Assembly: GCA_018780365.1 (NCBI GenBank)
Contig: JADMJR010000069.1
Coordinates: 9,502 to 73,501, forward strand
Source of the DNA: Acidovorax sp.
GTDB lineage: Bacteria > Pseudomonadota > Gammaproteobacteria > Burkholderiales > Burkholderiaceae_C
DNA length: 64,000 bases
Reading direction: 5' to 3'
The notes below the pieces were generated by a model. That model saw only the letters and a list, made by a program, of their open reading frames with translations. It was not told the DNA's origin and made no database searches. A program made the translations under genes and the position numbers. Shown in pieces: positions 39,773 to 50,031 of the stretch (the first letter of the stretch is position 1; each line of letters begins with the position of its first letter).

Positions 39773-41346
39773 GTTACTGGAATCTGTATTTTCTGGTCAA
39801 GGTCGGACTGAGCTTCACGGGCTACATCGGCTTCAATTGGTGGCTCAACCTGCTTTTGTGGTTGGCGCTGCAGCCTCCCATCGCGCATCGGCTGCTTCGG
39901 CGCGCCCGCGCCGTACTGGCCTGGCCAGTGGCGATCGCCCTGCTGTACCACGACTCCTATCTGCCTACCCCGGCGCGCGTGGTTTCGCAGTTCAAGGCGC
40001 TGGCAGGCTTCAGCGCCGACTACTGGCTGGAATTGGCCCAACGACTGGTGAACCCGGCAGCACTGGCCTTGGCGATGGCCGGCCTCGTCCTGTACGCGGC
40101 ACTGGCGCGGCGCATACGCTTTGCCACGTTCGCCCTGGTGGGCATCCTGAGCGTACCGCTGGTGGCCGCCATCCAGGAACACGGAGTACAGGAGGGCATT
40201 GGAGGAGGAGCGCTGGCAAGCCAGGGCGACGGCCCAGAGGAGGCTGGCATCAACACGTCGGACCCGGATGCCCTGCTGCAGAAGTTCTACGCCAGCGAAA
40301 GTCAAAAGCGCACGCAGTTCACCACGGCTGGCGGCACGCCGCCCTTCGACATCATCTTGCTGCATGTGTGCTCGTTGGCCTGGGACGACATGGAGTTCGT
40401 GGGCCAACGCGACAACCCGCTGCTCAAGCGCTTTGACGTGCTGTTCACCAATTTTAATAGTGCAGCCAGCTATAGCGGCCCGGCCTCGTTGCGCGTGCTG
40501 CATGGCTCATGCGGGCAAACGCCGCACAAAAAACTGTACGAAGGCATCGATCCGCAGTGCTATGTGTTTCCCAATCTGGAAAAGGTGGGTTACCAGACAG
40601 CGGCGCTACTCAACCACGACGGTGTGTACGAAGAATTCGCACACGCACTGGAGCAACGCGGGGGCCTGGCAGGCAAGCTACAGCCCAACCAGAGCGCACC
40701 GGTTCACATGCAGAACTTCGACGGCTCGCCCATCTACAACGACCATGCCCTGCTCTCGCAATGGTGGAAAAAGCGCAGCGCCCAAAGTGGCGGGGCGCCC
40801 GTAGCGCTTTACTACAACACCATCTCGCTGCACGACGGCAACCGCGTGCCAGGCATGAGCTCGCGCAGCAGCCTCGACACCTACAAGCCGCGCCTGGTGC
40901 AATTGATGGCCGATTTCGACAAGTTCATCACGGAGCTGGAGACCGCGGGCCGCCCCGTCGTGGTGGTGCTGGTGCCCGAGCATGGCGCCTCGCTGCGCGG
41001 TGACAAGATCCAGATCTCGGGCATGCGCGAGATTCCGGGCCCGCGCATCACGCTGGTGCCGGCCGCCGTGAAGCTGGTGGGCATGAAGAAGGCCCCCGAG
41101 GCGCCGCCGGCCGCACCGCTGGTGGTGAACCAGCCCATGAGCTATCTGGGCCTGTTCACGCTGCTGGGCGACATGCTGGCCGACAACCCCTACGCGGCAA
41201 CGGCCCGCCCCCTGGCAGAGCGCCTGCAGGCGCCCGAGACCACGCCCTTCGTCTCGGAAAACGCCGACGTGATCGTGGTGCGCAACGCCGCCGGCAAGTA
41301 CCTGATGAAATCAGGCAACGGGGAGTGGATTCCATACACGTACTGA
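39769..41346 (+). CDS. bcsG: Cellulose phosphoethanolamine transferase
   Basis: WNLYFL.K, LLYHDSYLP, VCSLAWDD, SAASYSGPA..R.L..SCGQ, LHDGN, VPEHG, GMREIP. Confidence 0.95.
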   Translation: MSYWNLYFLVKVGLSFTGYIGFNWWLNLLLWLALQPPIAHRLLRRARAVLAWPVAIALLYHDSYLPTPARVVSQFKALAGFSADYWLELAQRLVNPAALALAMAGLVLYAALARRIRFATFALVGILSVPLVAAIQEHGVQEGIGGGALASQGDGPEEAGINTSDPDALLQKFYASESQKRTQFTTAGGTPPFDIILLHVCSLAWDDMEFVGQRDNPLLKRFDVLFTNFNSAASYSGPASLRVLHGSCGQTPHKKLYEGIDPQCYVFPNLEKVGYQTAALLNHDGVYEEFAHALEQRGGLAGKLQPNQSAPVHMQNFDGSPIYNDHALLSQWWKKRSAQSGGAPVALYYNTISLHDGNRVPGMSSRSSLDTYKPRLVQLMADFDKFITELETAGRPVVVVLVPEHGASLRGDKIQISGMREIPGPRITLVPAAVKLVGMKKAPEAPPAAPLVVNQPMSYLGLFTLLGDMLADNPYAATARPLAERLQAPETTPFVSENADVIVVRNAAGKYLMKSGNGEWIPYTY

Positions 41347-41532
41347 CTCGCTGCGGCGCTTCGCCCCAGGGGTAGCCGTTGAGTCCAGGTAGCCCCAAAC
41401 TGGTGCAAGCATTGAGCGGGTGCAGCGTTGGAGCGAGCTGCTTCCCGCATAATGGGTCGAAGAGCCCGCCATTCGGTGGGCCTCTTTCTCGCCCGCCTGC
41501 GGCGCCCCCTACGAACTCCCGGCCCCTCCCCG

Positions 41533-42765
41533 ATGAACCCACAAGCCCATTTGCTCTGGAAAGCCCCCCGTTGGGCCCTCGCGGTGCTGCTGGCAGTGCT
41601 GGGCATGTTGGGGCCATTTTCGATCGACACCTATATCCCAGCGTTTTCAGGCATTGCTGCGGCGCTGGGTGCCACACCGGTGGAGATGCAGCAGACGCTC
41701 TCGGCCTACCTGTTCGGCTTCGCCTTCATGAGCCTGTTCCACGGTGCGCTGGCCGACAGCTTCGGCCGTCGGCCGGTGATCCTGTGGGGCATTGCGATCT
41801 TCACACTGGCATCGGCCGGCTGCGCGCTGTCGCAGACCATCGGACAACTGGTGGTGTTCCGTGCGCTGCAGGGCCTGTCCACGGGCGCGGGCATCGTGGT
41901 CTCGCGCGCGGTGATCCGCGACATGTTCCCACCCGCCGAGGCGCAGAAGGTGATGAGCCAGGTCACCATCTACTTCGGCGTGGCCCCGGCGATCGCGCCC
42001 ATCGTGGGCGGCTGGCTGTTCGTGCACACCGGCTGGCACAGCATCTTCTGGTTCCTGACCCTGGTGGGCGTAGCGCTGTGGACAGCCAACTACCGGCTGC
42101 TGCCCGAGACGCTGCACATCGAGCAGCGCCAGCCCTTCAACATGCGCCACCTGATGCAGGGCTACGTGCAGCTCGGCTCCAGCGCGCGCTTCGTGCTGCT
42201 GGCGCTGGCCAGTGGCGTGCCCTTCAACGGCATGTTCCTGTACGTGCTGTCGGCGCCGGCGTTCCTGGGCGATCACCTGTCGCTGGCGCCCACACAGTTC
42301 TTCTGGTTCTTCATCCTGACCATCTCGGGCATCATGGGCGGTGCTTGGCTCAGCGGCCGCTTGGCAGGCCGCATCCCGCCCAAGCGGCAGATCCGCCACG
42401 GCTTTGTGATCATGTTCACGGTGGCGGTGCTCAACCTGGCGGCCAACCTGCTGTTCCCGCCCCATGCCTGGTGGGCGCTGCTACCGATCGCCGTTTTCTC
42501 GTTCGGCTGGGCGCTGATGGTGCCGGTGGTGACGCTGCTGGTACTGGACCTGCACCCCGAACGCCGAGGCATGGCCTCGTCGATGCAGGCCTTCGTGGGG
42601 TCCACGGCCAATGGGCTGGTGGCCGGTGTCATCGCGCCGCTGGTGATGCACTCCACCCTCTGGCTGGCGCTGTCCTCGCTGCTGATGCTGTGCATCGGCC
42701 TGATATCGTGGATCTACCTGCACCACCGCTGGCCCGACATAGGCCGCATGCCCGTCACTCTCTGA
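41533..42765 (+). CDS. Bcr/CflA-family MFS efflux transporter
   Basis: PFSIDTYIPAF, DSFGRRPV, RAVIRD, APAIAPIVGG, LPETL. Confidence 0.92.
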   Translation: MNPQAHLLWKAPRWALAVLLAVLGMLGPFSIDTYIPAFSGIAAALGATPVEMQQTLSAYLFGFAFMSLFHGALADSFGRRPVILWGIAIFTLASAGCALSQTIGQLVVFRALQGLSTGAGIVVSRAVIRDMFPPAEAQKVMSQVTIYFGVAPAIAPIVGGWLFVHTGWHSIFWFLTLVGVALWTANYRLLPETLHIEQRQPFNMRHLMQGYVQLGSSARFVLLALASGVPFNGMFLYVLSAPAFLGDHLSLAPTQFFWFFILTISGIMGGAWLSGRLAGRIPPKRQIRHGFVIMFTVAVLNLAANLLFPPHAWWALLPIAVFSFGWALMVPVVTLLVLDLHPERRGMASSMQAFVGSTANGLVAGVIAPLVMHSTLWLALSSLLMLCIGLISWIYLHHRWPDIGRMPVTL

Positions 42766-42796
42766 GCGGCCACCGCGGCAGCGGGCAGCTGCGGCA

Positions 42797-44266
42797 TCAC
42801 GAGCCTGATTGCCGGCGGTCGATGTTCTTTTGCTGGTAGTACCGGTTCTTTTCCGCGTACATGGCTTGGTCGGCACGGTTGATAGCCGCCTCCACCGCAT
42901 CGCCGGACTGGCAACTGGCAATGCCCATGGCCAGGCTCAGGTGCTGGCCAGGGTAAAACTGGTTGTTCAGATCCAGCATGGAGATGATGCGCTCCTGCAG
43001 GGCCAGGGCTCCGCGCTCGTCGGTGCCCGGCAGCAGCACGGTGAACTCATCCCCGCCGATGCGCGCAGCGCAAGCCGGAGCATCCACCGCCTTGGCCAGC
43101 ACCTCACCGACGCGGCGCAGCATGGAGTCGCCGGCCGCATGGCCCTGCTCGTCGTTGACGACCTTCAGGCCGTTGAGGTCGATGGCGATGATGGACAGCG
43201 GCCAAGGTCCCTTGCGCGTGAGCCGGTTGAGCTCTTCGGCGTAGAAGGCGCGGTTGCGCAACTGGGTCAACACGTCGTGCTTGCCCAGGTATTCGAGATA
43301 GGCCTCGGCCTTCTTGCGGGCGGTGATGTCCACCAGCGACAAGAGCACCAAACCCCAGTCGCGCAGGTGGCTGTCGAGCACCGAGAACTGCATGTGGATG
43401 TTCACCGCATCGCCCGACAGCGAGTAGTTGACCACCTCGCGCTGTTGGAAAGTTTTGCCCTCCCAAAGGTCCTGCAGCTGCTCGGCGAAAGATTCGTGCA
43501 TCTCGCCACGGAACACCCGGCCAATGCTGTTGAGCAGCATCTCCTTGCTGGAAGCCCCGAACATGCGCAGGGTCTGCTGATTGACGTCGATAACGCGGAT
43601 TTCCTGCATGCAGCGGGCCACAAAGTCCGGGTGCACCTTGAGGAAGGTCTTGAAGTCACCAATGCCCTGGGCACGCACGCCATCGAGCAGATTCTTGACT
43701 GCGCTGAAGTCTTCTACCCAGAGCGATACCGGTGAATGCTCGAACAGGTCGCGCGCGTACTGCTCGCTGCGCTGGATCCGGCGCGCACTGTTGAGCTGCT
43801 GGGTGTTGTCTTCCAGAGAGACCAGGACACGGCTCCAGTCGTGCTCGTGGCCCGGCAGGATGCGTGCGCGGACCAACACGTCCAGGCGTCGGCCATCCAG
43901 CGCATAGTTCACTGTCTGGTTGGAGAATTCCAGTTGCCCGTCCCACAACTGCGCCAGCTCGTTCGTGGCTGTGTCATGTCTGTCATCGCGAAAGACCTTG
44001 TCCAGATTCGCTTCCAGGTGCTGCTGGCTGTCCGCCGAAAACAGCTCCAGCGTGCGGCGGTTGACCTGGAGGACGCGCAACGATGCACTGCACTGGCGCA
44101 AGCGGGCCGGATCCTCGGCCAGATGGGCGCGGATGTCGATCACCCCTTGTGCACGCCAGCCGTCGAACAGCTGCTTGAGATCGCTGAAATCCTCCAGCCA
44201 CAACGACACGGGCGCCAGCTCGAACATGTGCTCGTAATCGGCTCCCGAGGATAGAGATGACACCAC
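42797..44266 (-). CDS. Cytoplasmic PAS-PAS-GGDEF diguanylate cyclase
   Basis: Duplicated FE.(A/S)PVSLW.EDFS repeats; HDVLTQLRNR, DLNGLK.VND..GH..GD, RIGGDEF; GGAGG SD before GTG. Confidence 0.92.
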   Translation of the reverse strand: MVSSLSSGADYEHMFELAPVSLWLEDFSDLKQLFDGWRAQGVIDIRAHLAEDPARLRQCSASLRVLQVNRRTLELFSADSQQHLEANLDKVFRDDRHDTATNELAQLWDGQLEFSNQTVNYALDGRRLDVLVRARILPGHEHDWSRVLVSLEDNTQQLNSARRIQRSEQYARDLFEHSPVSLWVEDFSAVKNLLDGVRAQGIGDFKTFLKVHPDFVARCMQEIRVIDVNQQTLRMFGASSKEMLLNSIGRVFRGEMHESFAEQLQDLWEGKTFQQREVVNYSLSGDAVNIHMQFSVLDSHLRDWGLVLLSLVDITARKKAEAYLEYLGKHDVLTQLRNRAFYAEELNRLTRKGPWPLSIIAIDLNGLKVVNDEQGHAAGDSMLRRVGEVLAKAVDAPACAARIGGDEFTVLLPGTDERGALALQERIISMLDLNNQFYPGQHLSLAMGIASCQSGDAVEAAINRADQAMYAEKNRYYQQKNIDRRQSGS

Positions 44267-44337
44267 GACAAATTCCTCCGTGGGCGATTATTGACGACAT
44301 GGCCCAAGAAAACCGCCCCCGCACGCAGCACCCACGT

Positions 44338-44371
44338 AAAAAAGGGCTGGCACCTTGTGGTGCCAGCCCTT
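44338..44371 (-). terminator. Intrinsic terminator of the DEAD helicase gene
   Basis: AAGGGCTGGCACC / GGTGCCAGCCCTT with adjacent A-run. Confidence 0.85.
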
Positions 44372-44403
44372 CATGAACCCTTGAGACCAGGGTGTCTGTG
44401 CGA

Positions 44404-46329
44404 TCAGCGTGCGGGACGAGCAGGACGCTTGCGGGCGTCGTGGGCCACGAACGGCTTGGCACCGCCAGCACCAGCGGGCTTGGAGAAAGCGGGCTTGCGG
44501 GGGGCGAAGTCCCCACGGGGGGCGCCAGCATCGCCACGGGGGGCAAAACCGCCACGGCCTGCATCACCAAAACCTGGCTTGCGGCCGTAGCCGTCTGCAT
44601 CGCGGCGTGGAGCGCCACCACCAAAGCCACGGTCTTCACGGGGGGCGCCATAGCCGCCACCGCCGTTGCCACCCTGGTAACCACCGTCACGGCCGCCACC
44701 TGGGAAACCGCCACGGCTGTTGTTGTCGTTGCCCCGGCCGGCGAAGCCGCCACCAAAGCCACCACCGAAACCACCACGGTCGTTGCCACCGCGTGCGGGG
44801 CCATTGAAGCGGCCGCGCGATGGGTTTTCACGGTTGTCGTACGAGCGGCCTTGACCGCCACGGCCACCGCCAAAATCACCACCACGGGGCGCCTGTGGCG
44901 AACGCTGCGAAGGCTCCATGCCGGCAACCACTTCCGACTTGAATTGCTGGCGGCTGTAGCTCTCGATGTCGAAAATCTTGCGACGGTCGCGGAACTCGGC
45001 AAACGTAATAGCCAGACCATCGCGACCGGCACGGCCAGTACGGCCGATGCGGTGGGTGTAGTCCTCGGCCTTCATGGGCAGGCCGAAGTTGAACACGTGG
45101 GTGATGGTGGGCACGTCGATGCCGCGGGCAGCCACGTCGGTCGCCACCAGAATTTGCACCTGACCAGCGCGCAACGCCATCAAGCGGCGGTTGCGCAGGC
45201 CCTGGCTCAGAGCACCGTGCAGTGCCACGGCAGAGAAGCCTTCCTGCTGCAAGTCATTGGCCAAGCCGTCGCACTCCACCTGGGTGCTAGCGAACACGAT
45301 GGCCTGGTTGATGGTGGTATCACGCAGCCAGTGGTCCAGCAGCTTGCGCTTGTGCTGGGCGTTGTCAGCCCAGTACAGCACCTGCTTGATGTTGGAATGC
45401 TTTTCTTGCGGAGAGTCAATCGTCACCTTCTGCACCGACGAGCCGCCGTCGTGCATGACGCGCATGGCCAGCTGCTGAATGCGCGGCGCAAAGGTGGCGC
45501 TGAACATCATGGTCTGCTTGCGCTGGGCGGTCAGCTGGTTCAGTTCAGCCAAGTCGTCCGAGAAGCCCAGGTCAAGCATGCGGTCGGCCTCGTCGACGAC
45601 CAGGAACTGCACCTTGTCGAGCTTGATCTGCATCGAGCGCTGCAGGTCCAGCAGGCGGCCAGGGGTGGCGACCACCAGGTCGGCGTTCTGCAGCTTGGCG
45701 ATCTGCAGTTGGTAAGGCATGCCGCCCACCACGTTGGCGACGCGCAGGCCGCGGCAGTGCTTGACCAGGTCGATGGCGTCGTGCGCGACTTGCTGCGCCA
45801 GTTCACGCGTGGGGCACAGGATCAGGGCGCCGGGGGTGGCGGCCTTGAAGTTGCGCGAGCTGGTGGGGTCCTTGCGCTTGGCGCGCTTGGGAGCGGGTTC
45901 GCCGCGCTCAGCGGCTTCGGCCACGGCGCGCTCGAAAGCGGCGCGCTCTTCAGCTTCGGCAGCGGCTTGCTGGTTGATCAACGTGTGCAGCACGGGCAGC
46001 AAGAAGGCTGCGGTCTTGCCGCTGCCGGTCTGGCTGGAGACCATCAGGTCGATGAACTTGGTAGCGCCATTGCCACCACCCATGGCCAGGGGAATGGCCT
46101 TGCGCTGCACACTGGTAGGTTGGGTGTAGCCCAGGTCGGCAACGGCCTGAACGAGTTCAGACGCCAGGCCCAGCTCGACGAAACCATTGGGTTCGGCGGT
46201 CACGGCAACATCGGCTTCAGAAGCCACGGCCACAACAGCGTCAAGGGGAGAAGACTGCACGGAAACGTCGGCAGCAAAGGAAGTGTCGGCAGGCGCGAAT
46301 TCGCCCTGCACCAAAGAGGTGTCGGTCAT
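44404..46329 (-). CDS. DEAD-box RNA helicase with RGG-rich tail
   Basis: QTGSGKT, PTRELAQQ, TPGR, DEAD, SAT, ARGIDV, HRIGRTGRAG. Confidence 0.95.
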   Translation of the reverse strand: MTDTSLVQGEFAPADTSFAADVSVQSSPLDAVVAVASEADVAVTAEPNGFVELGLASELVQAVADLGYTQPTSVQRKAIPLAMGGGNGATKFIDLMVSSQTGSGKTAAFLLPVLHTLINQQAAAEAEERAAFERAVAEAAERGEPAPKRAKRKDPTSSRNFKAATPGALILCPTRELAQQVAHDAIDLVKHCRGLRVANVVGGMPYQLQIAKLQNADLVVATPGRLLDLQRSMQIKLDKVQFLVVDEADRMLDLGFSDDLAELNQLTAQRKQTMMFSATFAPRIQQLAMRVMHDGGSSVQKVTIDSPQEKHSNIKQVLYWADNAQHKRKLLDHWLRDTTINQAIVFASTQVECDGLANDLQQEGFSAVALHGALSQGLRNRRLMALRAGQVQILVATDVAARGIDVPTITHVFNFGLPMKAEDYTHRIGRTGRAGRDGLAITFAEFRDRRKIFDIESYSRQQFKSEVVAGMEPSQRSPQAPRGGDFGGGRGGQGRSYDNRENPSRGRFNGPARGGNDRGGFGGGFGGGFAGRGNDNNSRGGFPGGGRDGGYQGGNGGGGYGAPREDRGFGGGAPRRDADGYGRKPGFGDAGRGGFAPRGDAGAPRGDFAPRKPAFSKPAGAGGAKPFVAHDARKRPARPAR

Positions 46330-46766
46330 GATTTTTCTCTCACGAAGACGGTCACAGGCGCAGCCCGTGAATGGCTTCGTTAAATGGTTAAAAAACATCA
46401 ACCATCAAACGAAACCTGCGCTGGCTCTGAGGCCGGTGCGGGTGGGCGTTATTCGCCAGTCCTGCACTGTCGTATTTAAGACAGTCGGCTGGCAAGCCCG
46501 GTGTGTGAGGGGAGATGCACAATCTGCGCGCTATTCCTGCGCAGCCAGCGATTATCGCACGGTTAAGGGTTTCCCCGCAATACCCCTCAAATTCGCTCAG
46601 GGGAACACCGCCCTTCGATGGCCGAACGCTACTTGCAGCCATCCAACTGGCGCGCCCACCTGCCAGCGACTGCCGCAGAAGGGCCGCAGTCTCCAATCGG
46701 GTGCGCAAGCTTGAGCGGCCACGCAAAACTATCGTTTCTGGCGACTGCGCCGAGGCGCGAAGCGGC

Positions 46767-47360
46767 TCAGGAGGTTTTCACATCCACCGACAAAAGGTGC
46801 TGGCGGTAGTGCGCCAGTTCGTCGATGGACTCTTGCACGTCCGCCAGAGCGGTGTGCTTCTGCGCCTTCTTGAAGCTGGTGTATGCCTCCGGCTTCCAGC
46901 GCTTGGCCAGTTCCTTCAGCGTGCTGACATCGACATTGCGGTAGTGAAAGAACCGTTCGAGCTTGGGCATGTAGCGCACCAGAAACCGACGGTCCTGACC
47001 GATGCTGTTGCCACACATGGGCGCGGTGCCCTTGGGTACGTACTGGCTCAGAAAAGCAATGATCTTCTGCTCCGCCTCCTCCTCCGTGACGGTGGATGCC
47101 TTCACCTTGTCGATCAGGCCGCTGCGGCCATGGGTTCCCTTGTTCCAGGCGTCCATCTTGTTCAGCAATTCATCCGATTGGTGAATGGCAAACACAGGGC
47201 CTTCGATGCGCGGCTCCAGGCTCGGGCCAGTCACGACGACGGCAATCTCCAGCAAGCGATCCGTATCGGGCTCCAGGCCGGTCATTTCACAGTCAAGCCA
47301 GACCAGGTTCTGGTCGGATTTGGCAAGCGTGAGAGGGGTGGGGTTGTTGGCTTCTGACAT
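46767..47360 (-). CDS. orn: Oligoribonuclease
   Basis: [45 protein letters not shown]. Confidence 0.96.
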   Translation of the reverse strand: MSEANNPTPLTLAKSDQNLVWLDCEMTGLEPDTDRLLEIAVVVTGPSLEPRIEGPVFAIHQSDELLNKMDAWNKGTHGRSGLIDKVKASTVTEEEAEQKIIAFLSQYVPKGTAPMCGNSIGQDRRFLVRYMPKLERFFHYRNVDVSTLKELAKRWKPEAYTSFKKAQKHTALADVQESIDELAHYRQHLLSVDVKTS

Positions 47361-47397
47361 GGCGCGCATTGTCGCCGATGGCCTAAACTCGCCGCAC

Positions 47398-48705
47398 ATG
47401 CCCATTCCTGAAGACCTCTCCCCCTCCATACTGCTCACGCTGGCCTTTGCGGCTGCGCTGGTTCTAGGCCTGGCGCTCAAGTTCTGGCTCGCCACCCGCC
47501 AGGTGCGCCATGTGGCACGCCACCGCGCCGAGGTCCCCGCCCCGTTTGCCGAGCGCATTCCCCTGACTGCGCACCAGAAGGCCGCCGACTACACCGTTAC
47601 CAAGGCGCGCCTGGGGATGCTGGAGATGGCCTTGGGCTGCGTGGTGCTGCTTGGCTGGACCCTGCTGGGCGGTCTGGACGCGCTGAACCAAACATTGCTC
47701 GCCATGCTGGGCGGTGGCATGTGGCAGCAGCTGACGCTGCTGGTGGCCTTTGCCGCGATCAGCGGGCTCATTGATCTGCCCCTGTCGCTGTACCAAACCT
47801 TCGTGATCGAAGAGCGTTTTGGTTTCAACAAGATGACCTGGCGCCTGTGGCTGGCCGACGCGCTCAAGGGTCTGCTGGTAGGTTCAGCGATTGGCCTGCC
47901 GATTGCCGCGCTGATCCTGTGGCTGATGGGCGCAGCCGGCCCTCTGTGGTGGCTGTGGGCCTGGTGTTTCTGGATGGGCTTCAACCTGCTCCTGATGGTG
48001 ATCTACCCCACCTTCATCGCCCCCCTGTTCAACAAATTCCAGCCACTCGAAGACGAATCGCTCAGGACCCGCGTGACCGCGCTGATGCAACGCTGCGGCT
48101 TCTCGGCCAAGGGCCTGTTTGTGATGGACGGCAGTCGCCGCAGTGCGCACGCCAACGCCTATTTCACCGGCTTTGGCGCCGCCAAGCGCGTGGTGTTCTA
48201 CGACACCCTGCTGAAGCAACTGGCCCCGGGCGAGGTGGAAGCCGTGCTAGCCCATGAGCTGGGCCATTTCAAGCACCGCCACATCATCCAGCGCATCGTG
48301 ACCCTGTTCGCGATGAGCCTGGCAGGTTTTGCACTGCTGGGCTGGCTGTCCAACCAGGTGTGGTTCTACACCGGCCTGGGCGTCCGGCCCAACATCTCCT
48401 TCGACCCGGCCATGGCCGCCGCACCCAACGATGCGCTGGCCTTGCTGCTGTTCATGCTCGTCGTGCCGGTGTTCACCTTCTTCATCTCGCCGCTGTTCTC
48501 GCAACAGTCACGCCGGCACGAGTTTCAGGCCGACGCCTACGCCGTGGCCCAGGCCAGCGGCGCCGATCTGTCGTCAGCCCTGCTCAAACTGTACGAAGAC
48601 AATGCCTCCACGCTCACCCCCGACCCGGTGTACGTGAAGTTCTACTACTCGCATCCGCCCGCCACCGAACGGCTGGCGCGCATGCAAACCCCGGTACACC
48701 CATGA
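47398..48705 (+). CDS. M48 (Ste24-like) zinc metalloprotease
   Basis: [32 protein letters not shown] (HExxH), [13 protein letters not shown]. Confidence 0.93.
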   Translation: MPIPEDLSPSILLTLAFAAALVLGLALKFWLATRQVRHVARHRAEVPAPFAERIPLTAHQKAADYTVTKARLGMLEMALGCVVLLGWTLLGGLDALNQTLLAMLGGGMWQQLTLLVAFAAISGLIDLPLSLYQTFVIEERFGFNKMTWRLWLADALKGLLVGSAIGLPIAALILWLMGAAGPLWWLWAWCFWMGFNLLLMVIYPTFIAPLFNKFQPLEDESLRTRVTALMQRCGFSAKGLFVMDGSRRSAHANAYFTGFGAAKRVVFYDTLLKQLAPGEVEAVLAHELGHFKHRHIIQRIVTLFAMSLAGFALLGWLSNQVWFYTGLGVRPNISFDPAMAAAPNDALALLLFMLVVPVFTFFISPLFSQQSRRHEFQADAYAVAQASGADLSSALLKLYEDNASTLTPDPVYVKFYYSHPPATERLARMQTPVHP

Positions 48706-49040
48706 CCACCATGTTGAAGAAAAAAGACTGGTCCACGCTGACCCGCCGCGCCCTGACAGCTACTGAAGTGGTAGCGAACCTGGCCAAACTGGAGAGTTGG
48801 AGCCTCAGCGGCGACGGCGCCGATGTCGCCATCGAAAAGACCTACCACTTCGCCAACTACTACGAAACCATCTCGTTCGTGAACGCCCTGGCCTTCATTG
48901 CCAATGCCCAGGACCACCACCCCGATCTGTCGGTGCACTACAACCGCTGCGTGGTGCGACTGAACACGCACGACGTGAAGGGCATCTCCAGCACCGACTT
49001 CGAGTGCGCCACCCAGTTCGACGCACTGGTCACGCTGTGA
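48702..49040 (+). CDS. Pterin-4a-carbinolamine dehydratase
   Basis: FVNALA.IA..QDHHPD, THDV.GIS..DF; ATGA overlap. Confidence 0.9.
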   Translation: MTTMLKKKDWSTLTRRALTATEVVANLAKLESWSLSGDGADVAIEKTYHFANYYETISFVNALAFIANAQDHHPDLSVHYNRCVVRLNTHDVKGISSTDFECATQFDALVTL

Positions 49041-49052
49041 CGCAGGCCCACC

Positions 49053-49997
49053 ATGGCTGAACGCAGCGCCCTTATGGAAGGCACCGTGGTGGCCAGCCAT
49101 GGGCGCCACTGCATGGTCGAGACCCCGGACGGAGAGCGCCGCATCTGCCACCCACGGGGCAAAAAAAGCCAGGCGGTGGTCGGTGACCGCGTCCTGTGGC
49201 AGGCCCCACCGCCCGGCCAGGGCGAAGAAGGCACCATCGAGAAGGTGCTGGAGCGGCGCAACCTTTTTTACCGCCAGGACGAGATCCGCACCAAGTCGTT
49301 TGCGGCCAACCTCGATCAGGTGCTGATCCTGATCGCGGCAGAGCCCGTGTTTTCCGAAAGCCAGCTCTCCCGCGCCCTGATCGCAGCCGAAGCCGAGGGC
49401 ATCAAGCCCATCATCGCACTCAACAAAAGCGACCTGGTGGAACCCTTCGCCCGCGCCTGGGAACGGCTGCTGCCGTACCGGCACATGGGCGCAGGCAAGC
49501 ACTATGGCGTGCTGCCGCTGTCGCTGACACTCTCGAGCGACGTGGACCGCGCACTGCTGATGGAACACCTGCAGGGCAAGACCACGCTGGTGCTGGGCCC
49601 CTCGGGCTCGGGCAAGAGCACGCTGATCAATCTGCTGGTGCCGGGCGCCACGGTGCTGACCGGCGAGATCTCCCAGGCGCTGAACTCCGGCAAACACACC
49701 ACGACCAGCACCCACTGGTACTGGACGGATGCGGCACGCACCACGGCGCTGATCGACTCCCCGGGCTTCCAGGAGTTCGGCCTGCACCACATCGCCCCGA
49801 TGCAACTGGCCGCCTGCATGCCCGACATCGCCGCACACGCAACCGCCTGCAAGTTCTACAACTGCACCCACCTGCACGAACCGGGTTGCGGCGTTCTGGA
49901 TGCCGTCAAAAACGGCCCCAGCGCTGGCGGGATAAGCCCTACGCGCTACAAAATTTATAGTGATTTATTTGACGAACTGAGCCACACGCGCTATTGA
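49053..49997 (+). CDS. rsgA: Ribosome small subunit-dependent GTPase
   Basis: VVGDRV, LNKSDL, GPSGSGKST, GKHTTT, DSPG, CKFYNCTHLHEPGC. Confidence 0.95.
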   Translation: MAERSALMEGTVVASHGRHCMVETPDGERRICHPRGKKSQAVVGDRVLWQAPPPGQGEEGTIEKVLERRNLFYRQDEIRTKSFAANLDQVLILIAAEPVFSESQLSRALIAAEAEGIKPIIALNKSDLVEPFARAWERLLPYRHMGAGKHYGVLPLSLTLSSDVDRALLMEHLQGKTTLVLGPSGSGKSTLINLLVPGATVLTGEISQALNSGKHTTTSTHWYWTDAARTTALIDSPGFQEFGLHHIAPMQLAACMPDIAAHATACKFYNCTHLHEPGCGVLDAVKNGPSAGGISPTRYKIYSDLFDELSHTRY

Positions 49998-50031
49998 CAC
50001 AGACCCGAAGCCTCGGCAAGGCTTCGGAATC

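Noticed and set aside
41379-41400. Possible attR copy of the tRNA-Lys 3' end after bcsG
   Set aside because: Only a short gapped resemblance (GAGTC..CAGG..CCAAA) and no integrase, which is insufficient to call an island boundary.
44404-44900. Repetitive GC-rich tract in the helicase 3' end as tandem repeat or CRISPR
   Set aside because: Encodes an ordinary RGG/Gly-rich tail; no repeat-spacer structure or cas genes anywhere in the window.
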